DNA from: Opitutaceae bacterium
Lineage (GTDB): Bacteria; Verrucomicrobiota; Verrucomicrobiia; Opitutales; Coraliomargaritaceae
DNA length: 64,000 nucleotides
Direction: 5' to 3'
Assembly (NCBI GenBank): GCA_051252375.1
Contig: JBPOFY010000005.1
Span: 1 to 64,000 of the forward strand
Shown: positions 29,610 to 48,172 of the stretch, one piece after another
How positions within the stretch are numbered: position 1 is the first letter of the stretch
Layout: the number at the start of each line of letters is the position of its first letter
Position numbers and translations under genes: made by a program
Notes under the pieces: model-generated
What the model was told of the DNA's origin: nothing
The model's database searches: none
What the model saw: the letters and a program-made list of their open reading frames with translations, nothing else

Positions 29610-30311
29610 ATGGCCACCCAGCAAATAAAGGGAAGCAAGCGTTATCGCCAATCAGCCGGAATGGTTGACTTGGACAAGACCTACTCGGTCGAAGAAGCGT
29701 CTGCGTTACTAAACACACTACCTAAGGCGAAGTTCGACGAAACTGTTGAGCTCTACGCACATCTCACGGTGGATCCTCGCAAGAGCGATCAGATGGTCCG
29801 CGGCACACTCCAGCTTCCTAATGGTAGCGGTAAGACAGTGCGCGTCATCGTATTCACCGAAAATCCAGCCGAAGCTCTTGAAGCAGGCGCGGATGAAGCC
29901 GGTCTCGACGATTTGATCGAGAAAGTTACAGGCGGATGGACAGACTTCGACGTCGCCATCTCCACAACAAGTGCAATGAAGAGCGTGCGTAAAGTAGCTC
30001 GTGTGCTTGGACCACGTGGTCTTATGCCTAACCCAAAGTCGGGCACTGTAACAGACGACATCGCCGAAGGCATCAAGCTCGTTAAAGCGGGTCGTGTTGA
30101 ATTCAAAATGGATAAGACTGCAAATGTTGCTGTCGTTATAGGCAAGCGTTCCTTCACACCTGAGCAAGTTGTGGAAAATGCAGAAGCTGCTCTTAAGGCA
30201 CTTCTCGCTGCACGTCCTGGCAGCCACAAGGGCAAGTTTGTTAAGAGCGTCTCTTTGAGCGCTACAATGAGCCCAGGTATCAGCATCGATGCTGCACCTT
30301 ACAACAAATAA
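29610..30311 (+). CDS. rplA: 50S ribosomal protein L1
   Basis: KFDETVE, DQMVRG, LGPRGLMPNPK; ATG 29610 used as start. Confidence 0.97.
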   Translation: MATQQIKGSKRYRQSAGMVDLDKTYSVEEASALLNTLPKAKFDETVELYAHLTVDPRKSDQMVRGTLQLPNGSGKTVRVIVFTENPAEALEAGADEAGLDDLIEKVTGGWTDFDVAISTTSAMKSVRKVARVLGPRGLMPNPKSGTVTDDIAEGIKLVKAGRVEFKMDKTANVAVVIGKRSFTPEQVVENAEAALKALLAARPGSHKGKFVKSVSLSATMSPGISIDAAPYNK

Positions 30312-30329
30312 TAAGGAGGCTTACATAAC

Positions 30330-30848
30330 ATGAGACCAGAAAAACAATATCTCGTCGAGGAGGTGAATACTCACCTTGAAAAGTCCGACTACGTATATCT
30401 TACGAATTACGAGCGCATCACTGTTGAAGAAATCGCTGAGCTTCGCGGCCAGCTTTCTGAGCATGATGCTGAATTCCACGTCATTAAGAATAGCATTTTC
30501 GGTGTTGCTGCCGCTGCTAAGGAACTCCCTGACATGGGTGAGCACCTTACAGGTCAAACAGCAATCGTCGTAGGTGGTAACAACCCATCTGGTGTCGCTA
30601 AGATCATCGGCGAATTCTTCAAGAAGAAGGATAAGGTCGAGATGAAAGCCGGCATCGTGAATGAGCGTGCGCTTACCAAGGAAGAAATCGAAGCCCTTGC
30701 AAAACTGCCAGGTCTCGAAGTGCTCCGCGCACAACTTCTCAGTTTGCTTACACAGCCAGCAACAGGGTTCGTCCGCGTTATCAACGCTGTTCCACAAGGT
30801 CTCGTCAACGTCTTGCAGGCCAAGGTCCGCAAAGAAAACGGCGAGTAA
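30330..30848 (+). CDS. rplJ: 50S ribosomal protein L10
   Basis: MRPEK, VIKNS, LAKLP; SD AAGGAGG; synteny. Confidence 0.95.
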   Translation: MRPEKQYLVEEVNTHLEKSDYVYLTNYERITVEEIAELRGQLSEHDAEFHVIKNSIFGVAAAAKELPDMGEHLTGQTAIVVGGNNPSGVAKIIGEFFKKKDKVEMKAGIVNERALTKEEIEALAKLPGLEVLRAQLLSLLTQPATGFVRVINAVPQGLVNVLQAKVRKENGE

Positions 30849-30998
30849 TCGTAATCGAATTAATCAATACTTTTGGCCGTCGACCTCATATCGGGGCGGC
30901 GGCCATTTACACAACAACCATATAAAAATTAGGTTAGGGGGAATCACTCCTTAAATACCCCGATTCTCGGGGTGCTAACCATTGAAAGGTAAAACATC

Positions 30999-31379
<381 letters not shown>

Positions 31380-31420
31380 TCACGGGACCTCCGAATTATA
31401 CTCAATAGTCACAAAATTTC

Positions 31421-31470
31421 ACAGTTAGGTGAGCTCATCCAAATCGGGTGAGTCTCGCCTAGCTGTTTTT
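31421..31470 (+). terminator. Terminator/attenuator between rplL and rpoB
   Basis: ACAGTTAGGTGAG...CTCGCCTAGCTGT hairpin followed by TTTT. Confidence 0.7.
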
Positions 31471-31543
31471 GTCTTTCCGCCGATCTCACATCGGCAAACA
31501 CTAGTTCACAAATCGTTTAACACCGTCATCCCAGACATCCATT

Positions 31544-35326
<3,783 letters not shown>

Positions 35327-35367
35327 GGACACACTTAACCGCTAATTTTCAAAAAAGGTTTTAATCA

Positions 35368-39606
<4,239 letters not shown>

Positions 39607-39628
39607 TCCAAAAGGAAATCAATCTAAC

Positions 39629-39663
39629 AAAGCGGGAGCCTCGAAAGAGCTCCCGCTTTTTTT
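39629..39663 (+). terminator. rpoC terminator
   Basis: AAAGCGGGAGC...GCTCCCGCTTTTTTT. Confidence 0.9.
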
Positions 39664-39677
39664 GTGGGTAGGTAATC

Positions 39678-39906
39678 GGTAGTGCAGCACCGTCTAGGTG
39701 CGCATCGATGTCAGGCAAGCGAGGCATGTCGAACGTTCGTGCTGAGACCCGTGGAATGGGACTTTAAGCGTATATACAGGCATGATTACGTAACATCATT
39801 TGGAGGGCAATGCTCCGTCATTGCCGCAGAAACGCCTAAATGCATCAAACCATCGGCGGTTGCGACACTTCGACGGGCTCAGGTCAGGACGGAGCGCAAC
39901 CCTCGA
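39678..39906. repeat. REP cluster: single REP at 39678-39704 and an inverted doublet at 39801-39826 / 39857-39906, the latter interrupted by an insertion
   Basis: GGTAG-TGCAGCACC-GTCTA-GGTGCGCA; TGGAG-GGCAATG-CTCCGT-CATTGCC; minus-strand GAG-GGTTGCG-CTCCGT..CGCAACC. Confidence 0.75.
39867..39887. mobile_element. 21-nt inserted micro-element with GAC duplication
   Basis: Deleting 39867-39890 restores GGTTGCG-ACGGAG-CGCAACC; GAC is present on both sides of the 21-nt core. Confidence 0.6.
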
Positions 39907-40009
39907 GGTTTATACCGAATTCCTTCTTAAGGTAGTGCCATGCTGCCTGCCTCGGGCCGGACTCGTGTTTAGTTTCGCTTTTCAGCAATTACTGCGTATT
40001 AGTTTTCCT

Positions 40010-40798
40010 ATGAAAACCACACTTCGTTCAGTATTCGTTACGCTCTTTATTTCACTTTCCACAGTCAGTGTCCTCTCTGCGGGGTTTAAGGATTGGAGCA
40101 GTAAAGCGCTCTCGGTGTTTGATAAGACAACGGATGCAGAAGCAGTGGCCGGTTCCGCTTTTAGCAGTGCGGAAGATTTAGCAGCTGCCTTACGTGAAGC
40201 CTTGGCTGTATCGGCGGAACGTGCGCTGAAGGACCTGAGTCAGAAAGGTGGTTTTGCTAATTCCGAACTCTACAAAATACCCCTGCCTAAGACGATCGAG
40301 AGCTTGCGTAAGCCTTTGCAGTTGGTGAACCGTGAAGACCTGTTGAATGATTTTGAGGCGACCTTGAACCGCGCGGCAGAAAAGGGCGTGGCTGCGGCAC
40401 CGGCGGTCGTGAAATACACGATTCAAAGTCTCACCTTAGAAGATCTGAATGAGCTCTGGAAAGGGGAGGACGATGCGATCACTCGCTTTTTAGAGAAACG
40501 TTCGCGTGATCAATTGGCCATTCGCACTTTGCCTTTGATAGCTGAAGCGACCAATTCAACCGGTGCCACAGCATCTTATAAGCGTATGTATGAGGCGGTG
40601 CCACAGACCGGTGGAGGTTTATTTTCCAAGGTGCAGTCATTCACTGGGATCGGCGTGAAAGATTTTGATCTCGATCAATATGTGAATGAGAAAGCCTTGG
40701 ATGCACTGTTTGCTGCCATGGCTGCCGAAGAAAAAGCGATTCGCGAAAACCCGGTAGCACGTTCGACTTCTCTGCTAAAGAAGCTCTTTGGTCAGTAG
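40010..40798 (+). CDS. DUF4197-like exported protein
   Basis: Signal peptide, ALREAL, KIPLP, LNRAAE, EEKAIRENP..R...LLKKLFG. Confidence 0.8.
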   Translation: MKTTLRSVFVTLFISLSTVSVLSAGFKDWSSKALSVFDKTTDAEAVAGSAFSSAEDLAAALREALAVSAERALKDLSQKGGFANSELYKIPLPKTIESLRKPLQLVNREDLLNDFEATLNRAAEKGVAAAPAVVKYTIQSLTLEDLNELWKGEDDAITRFLEKRSRDQLAIRTLPLIAEATNSTGATASYKRMYEAVPQTGGGLFSKVQSFTGIGVKDFDLDQYVNEKALDALFAAMAAEEKAIRENPVARSTSLLKKLFGQ

Positions 40799-40840
40799 AC
40801 TAAATCAAGCCTATTAAGATTTGATCGGCTCGGGGAGAAT

Positions 40841-40916
40841 GGTAGGGACGCCTGTCCCTAGGCGTCCGCAGAGCATGGTCCCAACAAGCGGACGGCTGAG
40901 GGCAGCCGTCCCTACC
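40841..40916. repeat. Inverted REP doublet
   Basis: GGTAGGGACGCCT-GTCCCT-AGGCGTCCGC and minus-strand GGTAGGGACGGCTG-CCCT-CAGCCGTCCGC. Confidence 0.85.
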
Positions 40917-40951
40917 TAGTCTCACGCGCTCCTCAAAGTAATGCCTCTACC

Positions 40952-40983
40952 AAAAAAAACGGTCACTTTTGAGAGTGACCGTT
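40952..40983 (-). terminator. Terminator after the distal glnK
   Basis: AACGGTCAC..GTGACCGTT with an A run on the + strand. Confidence 0.8.
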
Positions 40984-41008
40984 GATTAAATGTGAGTGAA
41001 TCGAGTGC

Positions 41009-41362
<354 letters not shown>

Positions 41363-41418
41363 TTAATTGGTTATAAATTTCAATGGTTTGCTAAAACCTG
41401 TTTCAAGAATCAGTGGGC

Positions 41419-42753
41419 TTATTCGAAGTGATAAGCGGTTTCGCCGTGTTCAGCGGAGTCGAGTCCGGTGAACTCAGTTTCTTCGTCGACGCGCAACCCT
41501 GTGGTGAACTTGCAGACCAAGACGATGATCACTGTCGCAACTGCAGACCAAGCGATGACTGCAGCAAGTGCGATGGCTTGAGTGGTGAGCTGACCGAACA
41601 TATCTTCAACACCTGTGCCACCGAAGGCTGCAGTGCCAAAGACGGCGACGAGAAGTGTGCCCATGATACCACCAACACCGTGCACGGCAAAGACGTCGAG
41701 CGAGTCATCAATCTTCAGCTTGCCCTTAACGATGCCACACATGAAGTAGCAGACGACGCCAGCGAGGAAGCCGAGAAGGACTGCACCGAGTGGTCCGACA
41801 TTACCTGAAGCAGGTGTAATTGTGGCGAGACCAGCAACCATGCCTGTGACGATACCGACAAGTCCAGGTTTACCTGTTTTGATCCATTCGATGGTCATCC
41901 AAGTCAAACTGGCGACTGCCGCGGAGATGTGTGTAACGAGCATTGTCATACCAGCAGCTTCGTTAGCAGCAAGTTGGCTACCGGCGTTGAAGCCGAACCA
42001 ACCGACCCAAAGCATGGACGCACCAATCATGACCATGCCAGGGCTGTGTGGCACGTGTAGCTTCTTTGGGAAACCTTCACGTGGACCAACAAATTTAGCG
42101 AGAAGTAGGGCAGAGATGCCTGCGGTGGCGTGCACCACGATGCCCCCAGCGAGGTCGATGACGCCGCGTGCCTGTAGCCAGCCGCCGCCCCATACCCAGT
42201 GCGTGACAGGTGCGTAGACTAGAATCAGCCAGAGAGCGGTAAAGAGGAGGATCGCGCTAAATTTCATACGCTCGACGAAAGCGCCGACGATCAAGCCGGG
42301 TGTGATGATCGCGAATGTCATCTGAAACATGATGAACACTGTCTCAGGGATGTCGCCACTGAGCGTGCTGGTGGCAATGCCTCTGAGTCCCAAGTGTTCG
42401 AAGCCACCTGCCCAGCCGCAACCATCAGCAAAAGCGATGCTATAGAGACCTGCTATCCAGAGCACGGATGCTAAACATGCGATTGCGAAGCAGTGCATTA
42501 ATACGGAAAGTAGATTTTGCGCACGAACCAAGCCGCCGTAGAAGAGGGCAAGACCGGGAAGTGTCATGAAGAGCACAAGCACGGTAGCGGTGAGCATCCA
42601 CGCAGTGTTGCTAGAGTTAAGCTCGGCTGTTTCGGCGACGATTTCTGCTGCTTCAGTGACTGTTGCCAGCGCATCGTTGGCTTCTTGGGCGGATGAGATT
42701 CCTGGCAATATAAATAGAGCTAGGAAACTGACTATACTGAGTAGTTTCTTCAT
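41419..42753 (-). CDS. amtB: Ammonium transporter (AmtB-type)
   Basis: GLALFYGG, FQMTFA, AGGIVVH, GWFGFNAGS, DVFAVHG. Confidence 0.95.
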   Translation of the reverse strand: MKKLLSIVSFLALFILPGISSAQEANDALATVTEAAEIVAETAELNSSNTAWMLTATVLVLFMTLPGLALFYGGLVRAQNLLSVLMHCFAIACLASVLWIAGLYSIAFADGCGWAGGFEHLGLRGIATSTLSGDIPETVFIMFQMTFAIITPGLIVGAFVERMKFSAILLFTALWLILVYAPVTHWVWGGGWLQARGVIDLAGGIVVHATAGISALLLAKFVGPREGFPKKLHVPHSPGMVMIGASMLWVGWFGFNAGSQLAANEAAGMTMLVTHISAAVASLTWMTIEWIKTGKPGLVGIVTGMVAGLATITPASGNVGPLGAVLLGFLAGVVCYFMCGIVKGKLKIDDSLDVFAVHGVGGIMGTLLVAVFGTAAFGGTGVEDMFGQLTTQAIALAAVIAWSAVATVIIVLVCKFTTGLRVDEETEFTGLDSAEHGETAYHFE

Positions 42754-42902
42754 AAGTATTGGTAGTTGTGTAATAAGAGCGTTTTTTGGGTAGTGGTGGC
42801 GCATAGCATTATCAAGGGGAGGGCAGCGTCCAGTTTTTTTTTATGAATGGAACTCGACTTACTCGCAGGGGGGATGAGTAGAATGCATGTGAATCGGTTG
42901 CA

Positions 42903-43005
42903 GGGAACATCGAACGCTCAACATCGAACGTCCAATGTCGAACGAGTGGCTTCGTGTCTGAATGATTCATTATTCGACGTTGAGTGTTGAGCGTTTGACG
43001 TTCCC
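42903..43005. repeat. Inverted pair of heptamer tandem arrays
   Basis: AACATCG AACGCTC AACATCG AACGTCC AATGTCG; opposite strand AACGTCA AACGCTC AACACTC AACGTCG. Confidence 0.85.
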
Positions 43006-43015
43006 GTTGCTCGAC

Positions 43016-43050
43016 AAAAAAACCGGCCACCCTTTGCAGGATGGCCGGTT
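43016..43050 (-). terminator. Terminator after the proximal glnK
   Basis: AACCGGCCA..TGGCCGGTT with an A7 run on the + strand. Confidence 0.8.
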
Positions 43051-43076
43051 GAAGTGAGAATTATCTCAGGCTGAGC

Positions 43077-43448
<372 letters not shown>

Positions 43449-43459
43449 CTAGTCGAAAC

Positions 43460-44851
43460 TTAGCGAGAGCTAGCTCCGAAGTCAGGATAAGCTTCTTGGC
43501 CGTGCTCACCGATGTCGAGACCTTCTGCCTCTTCTTCAGGTGATACGCGGACTCCGATAGTGACCTTCAAGAGACCGAAGACGATCAGCGAGAAGATAAA
43601 GGCGAATGCGCCAATCGAAAGTGTGCCGATCAACTGGATGCCGAAACCGGCAGCGTCGCTGAAGAGGGCAACGGCTAGTGTGCCGAAGATACCACAAACA
43701 CCGTGGACAGAGATCGCACCGACTGGATCGTCGATCTTGATCTTGTCGAAGAAGATGATGGAGAAGACTACCAAGATACCAGCGATGAGACCTGTAAGGA
43801 TCGCGAACTTAGGCATGATGGAGTCAGCACCGGCTGTGATACCGACAAGACCTGCAAGGATACCATTGAGTGCCATGGAAAGGTCAGGCTTCTTGAGGAA
43901 GATCCAAGATGTGAAGATTGCACCGAGACCACCCGCTGCCGCAGCAAGCGCTGTTGTCACGAATACGAGCGATACCAAGTAAGGGTCTGCATTGAGAACC
44001 GAACCACCGTTGAATCCGAACCAACCGAGGAAGAGAAGGAAAACACCGATTGTCGCGAGTGGCATGCTGTGCCCAAGGATTGGTCTGATGCGACCGCCGA
44101 CATATTTACCGGCACGAGGTCCGAGGATGATCGCACAGGCAAGAGCGGCGAAACCACCAAAACCGTGAACGAGGGACGAACCAGCGAAGTCGTAGAAGCC
44201 ACGAGCGGACAACCAACCTCCACCCCACTGCCATGAGCCAGTGATTGGGTAAGCGAAAGTCACAAGCAATGTTGCGAAGATCATGAAAGAAGAAAGCTTG
44301 ATACGCTCAGCAACCGCACCGGAAACGATGGTAGCCGCTGTAGCTGCGAACATAGCTTGGAAGATGAAGTCTGTATACCATGTGTAGTCAGCATACTCAG
44401 CTGTCATCAGGTCAACAGAAGCGGTGACATCGAACCATGAACCCATGGCGAACACACCGGCGGAACCTTCTGCGAATCCAGGATACATCGCATTGAAGCC
44501 CCAGAGTGCGTAGGAGATGATACCCATGCTGATGATGAAAACATTCTTAAAGAGAATGTTTACAGTGTTCTTGGATTGGCCGAGACCGGATTCAACTGTG
44601 GCGAAACCGAGGTGCATGATGAACACCAATGCGGCAGAGATCAGTAGCCAAAGGTTGCTGATGGTGAAGAAGGCTGCACCGGGCGTTTCCATAAAAGCTG
44701 CATAAGCATCTTCAAATGGAATTGCGTCGGCGACGGCTTCAACGGCTTCTGCGACTTCTTCAACTGGGAGATCCTGAGCACCGAGCGAGCCGGCCATCAG
44801 AAACGCCGAGCTGCCGAGCAGCAAAGCGAGTAGGTATTTCTTAATCTTCAT
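43460..44851 (-). CDS. amt: Ammonium transporter (second, divergent type)
   Basis: GFATVESG, FQAMFA, DFAGSSLVH, GWFGFNGGS, DDPVGAISVHG. Confidence 0.95.
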   Translation of the reverse strand: MKIKKYLLALLLGSSAFLMAGSLGAQDLPVEEVAEAVEAVADAIPFEDAYAAFMETPGAAFFTISNLWLLISAALVFIMHLGFATVESGLGQSKNTVNILFKNVFIISMGIISYALWGFNAMYPGFAEGSAGVFAMGSWFDVTASVDLMTAEYADYTWYTDFIFQAMFAATAATIVSGAVAERIKLSSFMIFATLLVTFAYPITGSWQWGGGWLSARGFYDFAGSSLVHGFGGFAALACAIILGPRAGKYVGGRIRPILGHSMPLATIGVFLLFLGWFGFNGGSVLNADPYLVSLVFVTTALAAAAGGLGAIFTSWIFLKKPDLSMALNGILAGLVGITAGADSIMPKFAILTGLIAGILVVFSIIFFDKIKIDDPVGAISVHGVCGIFGTLAVALFSDAAGFGIQLIGTLSIGAFAFIFSLIVFGLLKVTIGVRVSPEEEAEGLDIGEHGQEAYPDFGASSR

Positions 44852-44963
44852 TGTATTTTTTATAGTCAGGTTGATTGCGTTGTTTAGGAGTTGAGGTCAG
44901 CCGCCTTCGGTAATGTGAAGTGACTGACTTGGCTCGCGTCTAAAATGCGAACTCGGATGTTTA

Positions 44964-44980
44964 AGCATTCGTTGTGCCAA
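44964..44980 (-). promoter_or_regulatory. Sigma-54 (-24/-12) promoter of the amt-glnK unit
   Basis: Minus strand TTGGCAC-AACGA-ATGCT, exact GG-N10-GC spacing, ~113 nt upstream of the amt start. Confidence 0.75.
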
Positions 44981-45247
44981 TTATTCGTTTTTGAAATATA
45001 AGTTTAATTTAGACTTTAAAACTAGGGGAGGGTGCCTCTGTGTTTTGTATTAATTGCTGCATTACAATGGTTTGTGTAATTAGTTAAATTTGTGCGCTAT
45101 TTTAGCGATTTCGGAATATTTTTCTAAATCGTCATAAATGCGCACTAAAAGGACACTATCAGGTGGCGAATTAAATGGGTGGAACTTGCCTCTTGAATTT
45201 TGCAAATACGCGTTGCTTCTCTGAAACATTCAGTGAAACTTCGCCCC

Positions 45248-46357
45248 ATGCCTAAAAAGAAAACTGCCAAGAAGATCGCGAAGAAGGGACCTGCTGCCTA
45301 TCAAGCGCCTGAGTTTCTCGTTAATTTGCTAGATGCACGCTCACCTACTGGAGCGGAGTATGAGGCACAAGCAGTCGTCGATGCGCACATTGAGCCTGTC
45401 GTGGACTTGTATCGTAAAGACACCATGGGCAATCGCTTCGCCACGGTGAACCCCAATGGCGACCCTTCGATATTATTTGCAGGGCACATCGATGAGCTTG
45501 GCTTAATTATCACCTACATCGACGACAATGGCTTTGTGTATTTCGATACTTTAGGTGGTCACGATAAGACCATGATCTCGGGGCGTCGTGTTTCTATTTT
45601 AACTAAGAAAGGTGTCGTCAAGGCTGTCACTGGGAAGCGTGCCATTCATTTAATGAGCCCGGAAGACCGTAAGAAGGTGCCCGAAACGCACGAGATTTGG
45701 ATCGATTTGGCAGTGAAGAGCAAGGCCGAGGCTGAAAAGCTGGTTCGTATCGGCGACGTCGCGGTTTACGACCAGAGTTTTGAGCTCATTCGCGGTAGTG
45801 TCGGTGTCGCCCGTGCCTTCGATGACAAGGCTGGTGCCTATGCTGTGCTCGAAGCAGTGCGTCGATTGGCCACTTCTAAAGGAAAGTTGGCGGCTCGTGT
45901 GACTGCCGCTGCCACTACGCAGGAAGAGATTGGCACCCGTGGTGCGATGACGGCTGCTTATTCTGAAAACCCTGATTTCGCAATTGCTGTGGATGTGGGG
46001 CATGCCACCGATTCGCCGGACTGTGATCCGCGCAAATACGGTAAGTTCGTGCAAGGCGGCGGTCCTATCATCTGCCGTGGTCCGAATATTAACCCTGTGA
46101 TTTTCGAGCGCATTGTTGAAGTGGCGGAGAAAAACAAGATTCCGTATCAAATCGAAGCCGATCCGCGCCCAACTGGCACCGATGCCCGCGCCATTCAAGT
46201 GGCTCAATCCGGTATCGCGACTGGTTTGCTTTCGATCCCACTTCGTTACATGCACACACCGAGTGAAATGGTGGACCTGCAAGATATCGAATACACCGTC
46301 CAGTTGTTGGTCGGTGTCGCTCGTTCGCTCAAGAAGGGTGAACGTGGTATTTGGTAG
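45248..46357 (+). CDS. M42-family metallo-aminopeptidase
   Basis: GHIDE, FDDKAG, QEEIG, AVDV, GTDA, RYMHTP. Confidence 0.88.
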   Translation: MPKKKTAKKIAKKGPAAYQAPEFLVNLLDARSPTGAEYEAQAVVDAHIEPVVDLYRKDTMGNRFATVNPNGDPSILFAGHIDELGLIITYIDDNGFVYFDTLGGHDKTMISGRRVSILTKKGVVKAVTGKRAIHLMSPEDRKKVPETHEIWIDLAVKSKAEAEKLVRIGDVAVYDQSFELIRGSVGVARAFDDKAGAYAVLEAVRRLATSKGKLAARVTAAATTQEEIGTRGAMTAAYSENPDFAIAVDVGHATDSPDCDPRKYGKFVQGGGPIICRGPNINPVIFERIVEVAEKNKIPYQIEADPRPTGTDARAIQVAQSGIATGLLSIPLRYMHTPSEMVDLQDIEYTVQLLVGVARSLKKGERGIW

Positions 46358-46483
46358 GCGTAGAGGGCTCGCAAGGAGTCCGTCTCAAAGGAGAAACATT
46401 ACATTTTTCGAAGTTAAGAGTAAGGCAGCCACTTCTGGCATGCCAATTACGGTTCTCATTCATCTCAGTTAAAATATATACAT

Positions 46484-47686
46484 ATGAATCTTTCCATTTT
46501 GTCCTGTGCTCCTAAATGCTATTCGACTCGTCGCCTGGTCGAAGCAGCAAAACAACGCAAACATACCGTTACAGTTGCGGACACAACACGTCTCAATCTC
46601 GATCTAGCTCATGGAGAGCCCGATCTTTATTACAAGGATGCCCCGATTGTTCGCCCGGATGCCATCTTGCCTCGTATTGGTGCTTCGTTGACTCGTTACG
46701 GCACCTCCGTGGTTCGTCAGTTCGAGCAAATGGATATTTATACGCCCAATACTTCGGCTGGTATCAGCAACTCGCGGGATAAACTACGAAGCCTGCAAAT
46801 TCTTTCACGCCACGATATTGGGATCCCATTGACTGCCTATATCGACGATAAGCGTGATGTGGAAAGTGCGCTTGAGCGTGTCGGTGGTGCGCCGGTCATT
46901 ATTAAGCTGCTCGAAGGTACTCAAGGTGTTGGCGTTATTTTGGCGGATAAGCTAGAAATCGCCAAAGCCATTATTGAGACTTTGCACAGCACCAACCAGC
47001 AAGTGCTCTTACAAAAATTCGTCTCAGAAAGTAAGGGCAAGGACGTCCGTGCTTTTGTCATCGGCGACCGAGTGGTTGGCGCGATACGCCGGACTGCACA
47101 AGGGCAAGAGTTTCGTAGCAACGTGCATCGAGGCGGAAAAGCCGAGGCAATCGATTTAGACCCAGCCTATGCCGAAGCAGCTGTGCGTGCAGCGCAAATC
47201 ATGGGCTTGCGTGTCTGCGGAGTCGATATGCTGGAGAGTTCAACGGGTCCGCAAGTGATGGAAGTGAATTCATCACCTGGCCTAGAAGGTATTGAAGGGG
47301 CGACGGGCTTGGATATCGCAGGGGCAGTTATCGATTATATTGCCGATCAAGTGAAGTTTCCTGAGATTGATATCCGTCAACGACTGACAGTCAGTCGAGG
47401 TTATGGTGTTGCGGATATTAATATCCCTGCGGGTAGCAAATTTGTCGGCATGACCATCAAAGAAACCGAACTACGCGAACAGGATGTAGTGGTGCTCACG
47501 CTTCGACGTGGCAGCAGTGTCATTTCCAATCCGAAAGGCAGCCGCGTCTTAGAAGCCGACGATTCTTTACTCTGCTACGGTCGTGCTGAGAATATGAAAT
47601 CATTGATTCCAGACAACCTTCCAAAGAAGCGTGGCAAACTCAAACCTTTGCCAACCACGCCCGTGACAGAAGGCACAACTCTTTAA
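46484..47686 (+). CDS. rimK: RimK-family alpha-L-glutamate ligase fused to a C-terminal RCK_C (TrkA-C) domain
   Basis: YSTRRLVEA, SRDKLRSLQIL, GTQGVGV, FRSNVHRGG, EVNSSPGLEGIE; tail SKFVGMTIKE..LRRG..NPKG..LEADD. Confidence 0.9.
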   Translation: MNLSILSCAPKCYSTRRLVEAAKQRKHTVTVADTTRLNLDLAHGEPDLYYKDAPIVRPDAILPRIGASLTRYGTSVVRQFEQMDIYTPNTSAGISNSRDKLRSLQILSRHDIGIPLTAYIDDKRDVESALERVGGAPVIIKLLEGTQGVGVILADKLEIAKAIIETLHSTNQQVLLQKFVSESKGKDVRAFVIGDRVVGAIRRTAQGQEFRSNVHRGGKAEAIDLDPAYAEAAVRAAQIMGLRVCGVDMLESSTGPQVMEVNSSPGLEGIEGATGLDIAGAVIDYIADQVKFPEIDIRQRLTVSRGYGVADINIPAGSKFVGMTIKETELREQDVVVLTLRRGSSVISNPKGSRVLEADDSLLCYGRAENMKSLIPDNLPKKRGKLKPLPTTPVTEGTTL

Positions 47687-47695
47687 CAAGCACGC

Positions 47696-48118
47696 ATGAG
47701 TGAATCTTTAATGGTTATTGGCTGGCGTGAATGGGTCGAGCTTCCTGTATGGGGAATTCGAATGCGCGCGAAAGCAGATACGGGAGCTAAGAGCAGTGCG
47801 ATCGATTGCGCCGAGATTACTGAACTGCCGGATGAGCGAGTTCGTTTCACGATTCGTTTGGATCGCAAAGAGAAAAAGCTCGTTACGGTCGAAGAGCCGA
47901 TAGCCTTGCGTAAACGCGTGCGCAGTAGCACTGGTGTCGGGCGTGATCGAATTTTTGTAGAAACAACGCTTCGCCTTGGTGAGTCCGAAAAGAAAGTGCT
48001 TATCAATCTCGTCTGCCGTAAAACGATGATTCATCGTATGCTTCTAGGGCGAGAGACTTTGGGTGGATCTTTTTTAGTCGATAGCTCTGTCGATCACTGG
48101 GTGACTCCAAAGAAGTAG
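47696..48118 (+). CDS. RimK-associated retropepsin-like protease (RimB-like; often annotated 'ATP-dependent zinc protease')
   Basis: IGWREWV, AKADTGAKSS, VRSSTG, MLLGR. Confidence 0.85.
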   Translation: MSESLMVIGWREWVELPVWGIRMRAKADTGAKSSAIDCAEITELPDERVRFTIRLDRKEKKLVTVEEPIALRKRVRSSTGVGRDRIFVETTLRLGESEKKVLINLVCRKTMIHRMLLGRETLGGSFLVDSSVDHWVTPKK

Positions 48119-48172
48119 CAGGGGCTACCCGCGGTTTAAAATTATCAAAAGGGATCAGGAAAGTGCACAACT

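Noticed and set aside
39800..40009. 70-aa N-terminal extension of the DUF4197 ORF
   Set aside because: Runs through REP DNA; the signal peptide starts at ATG 40010
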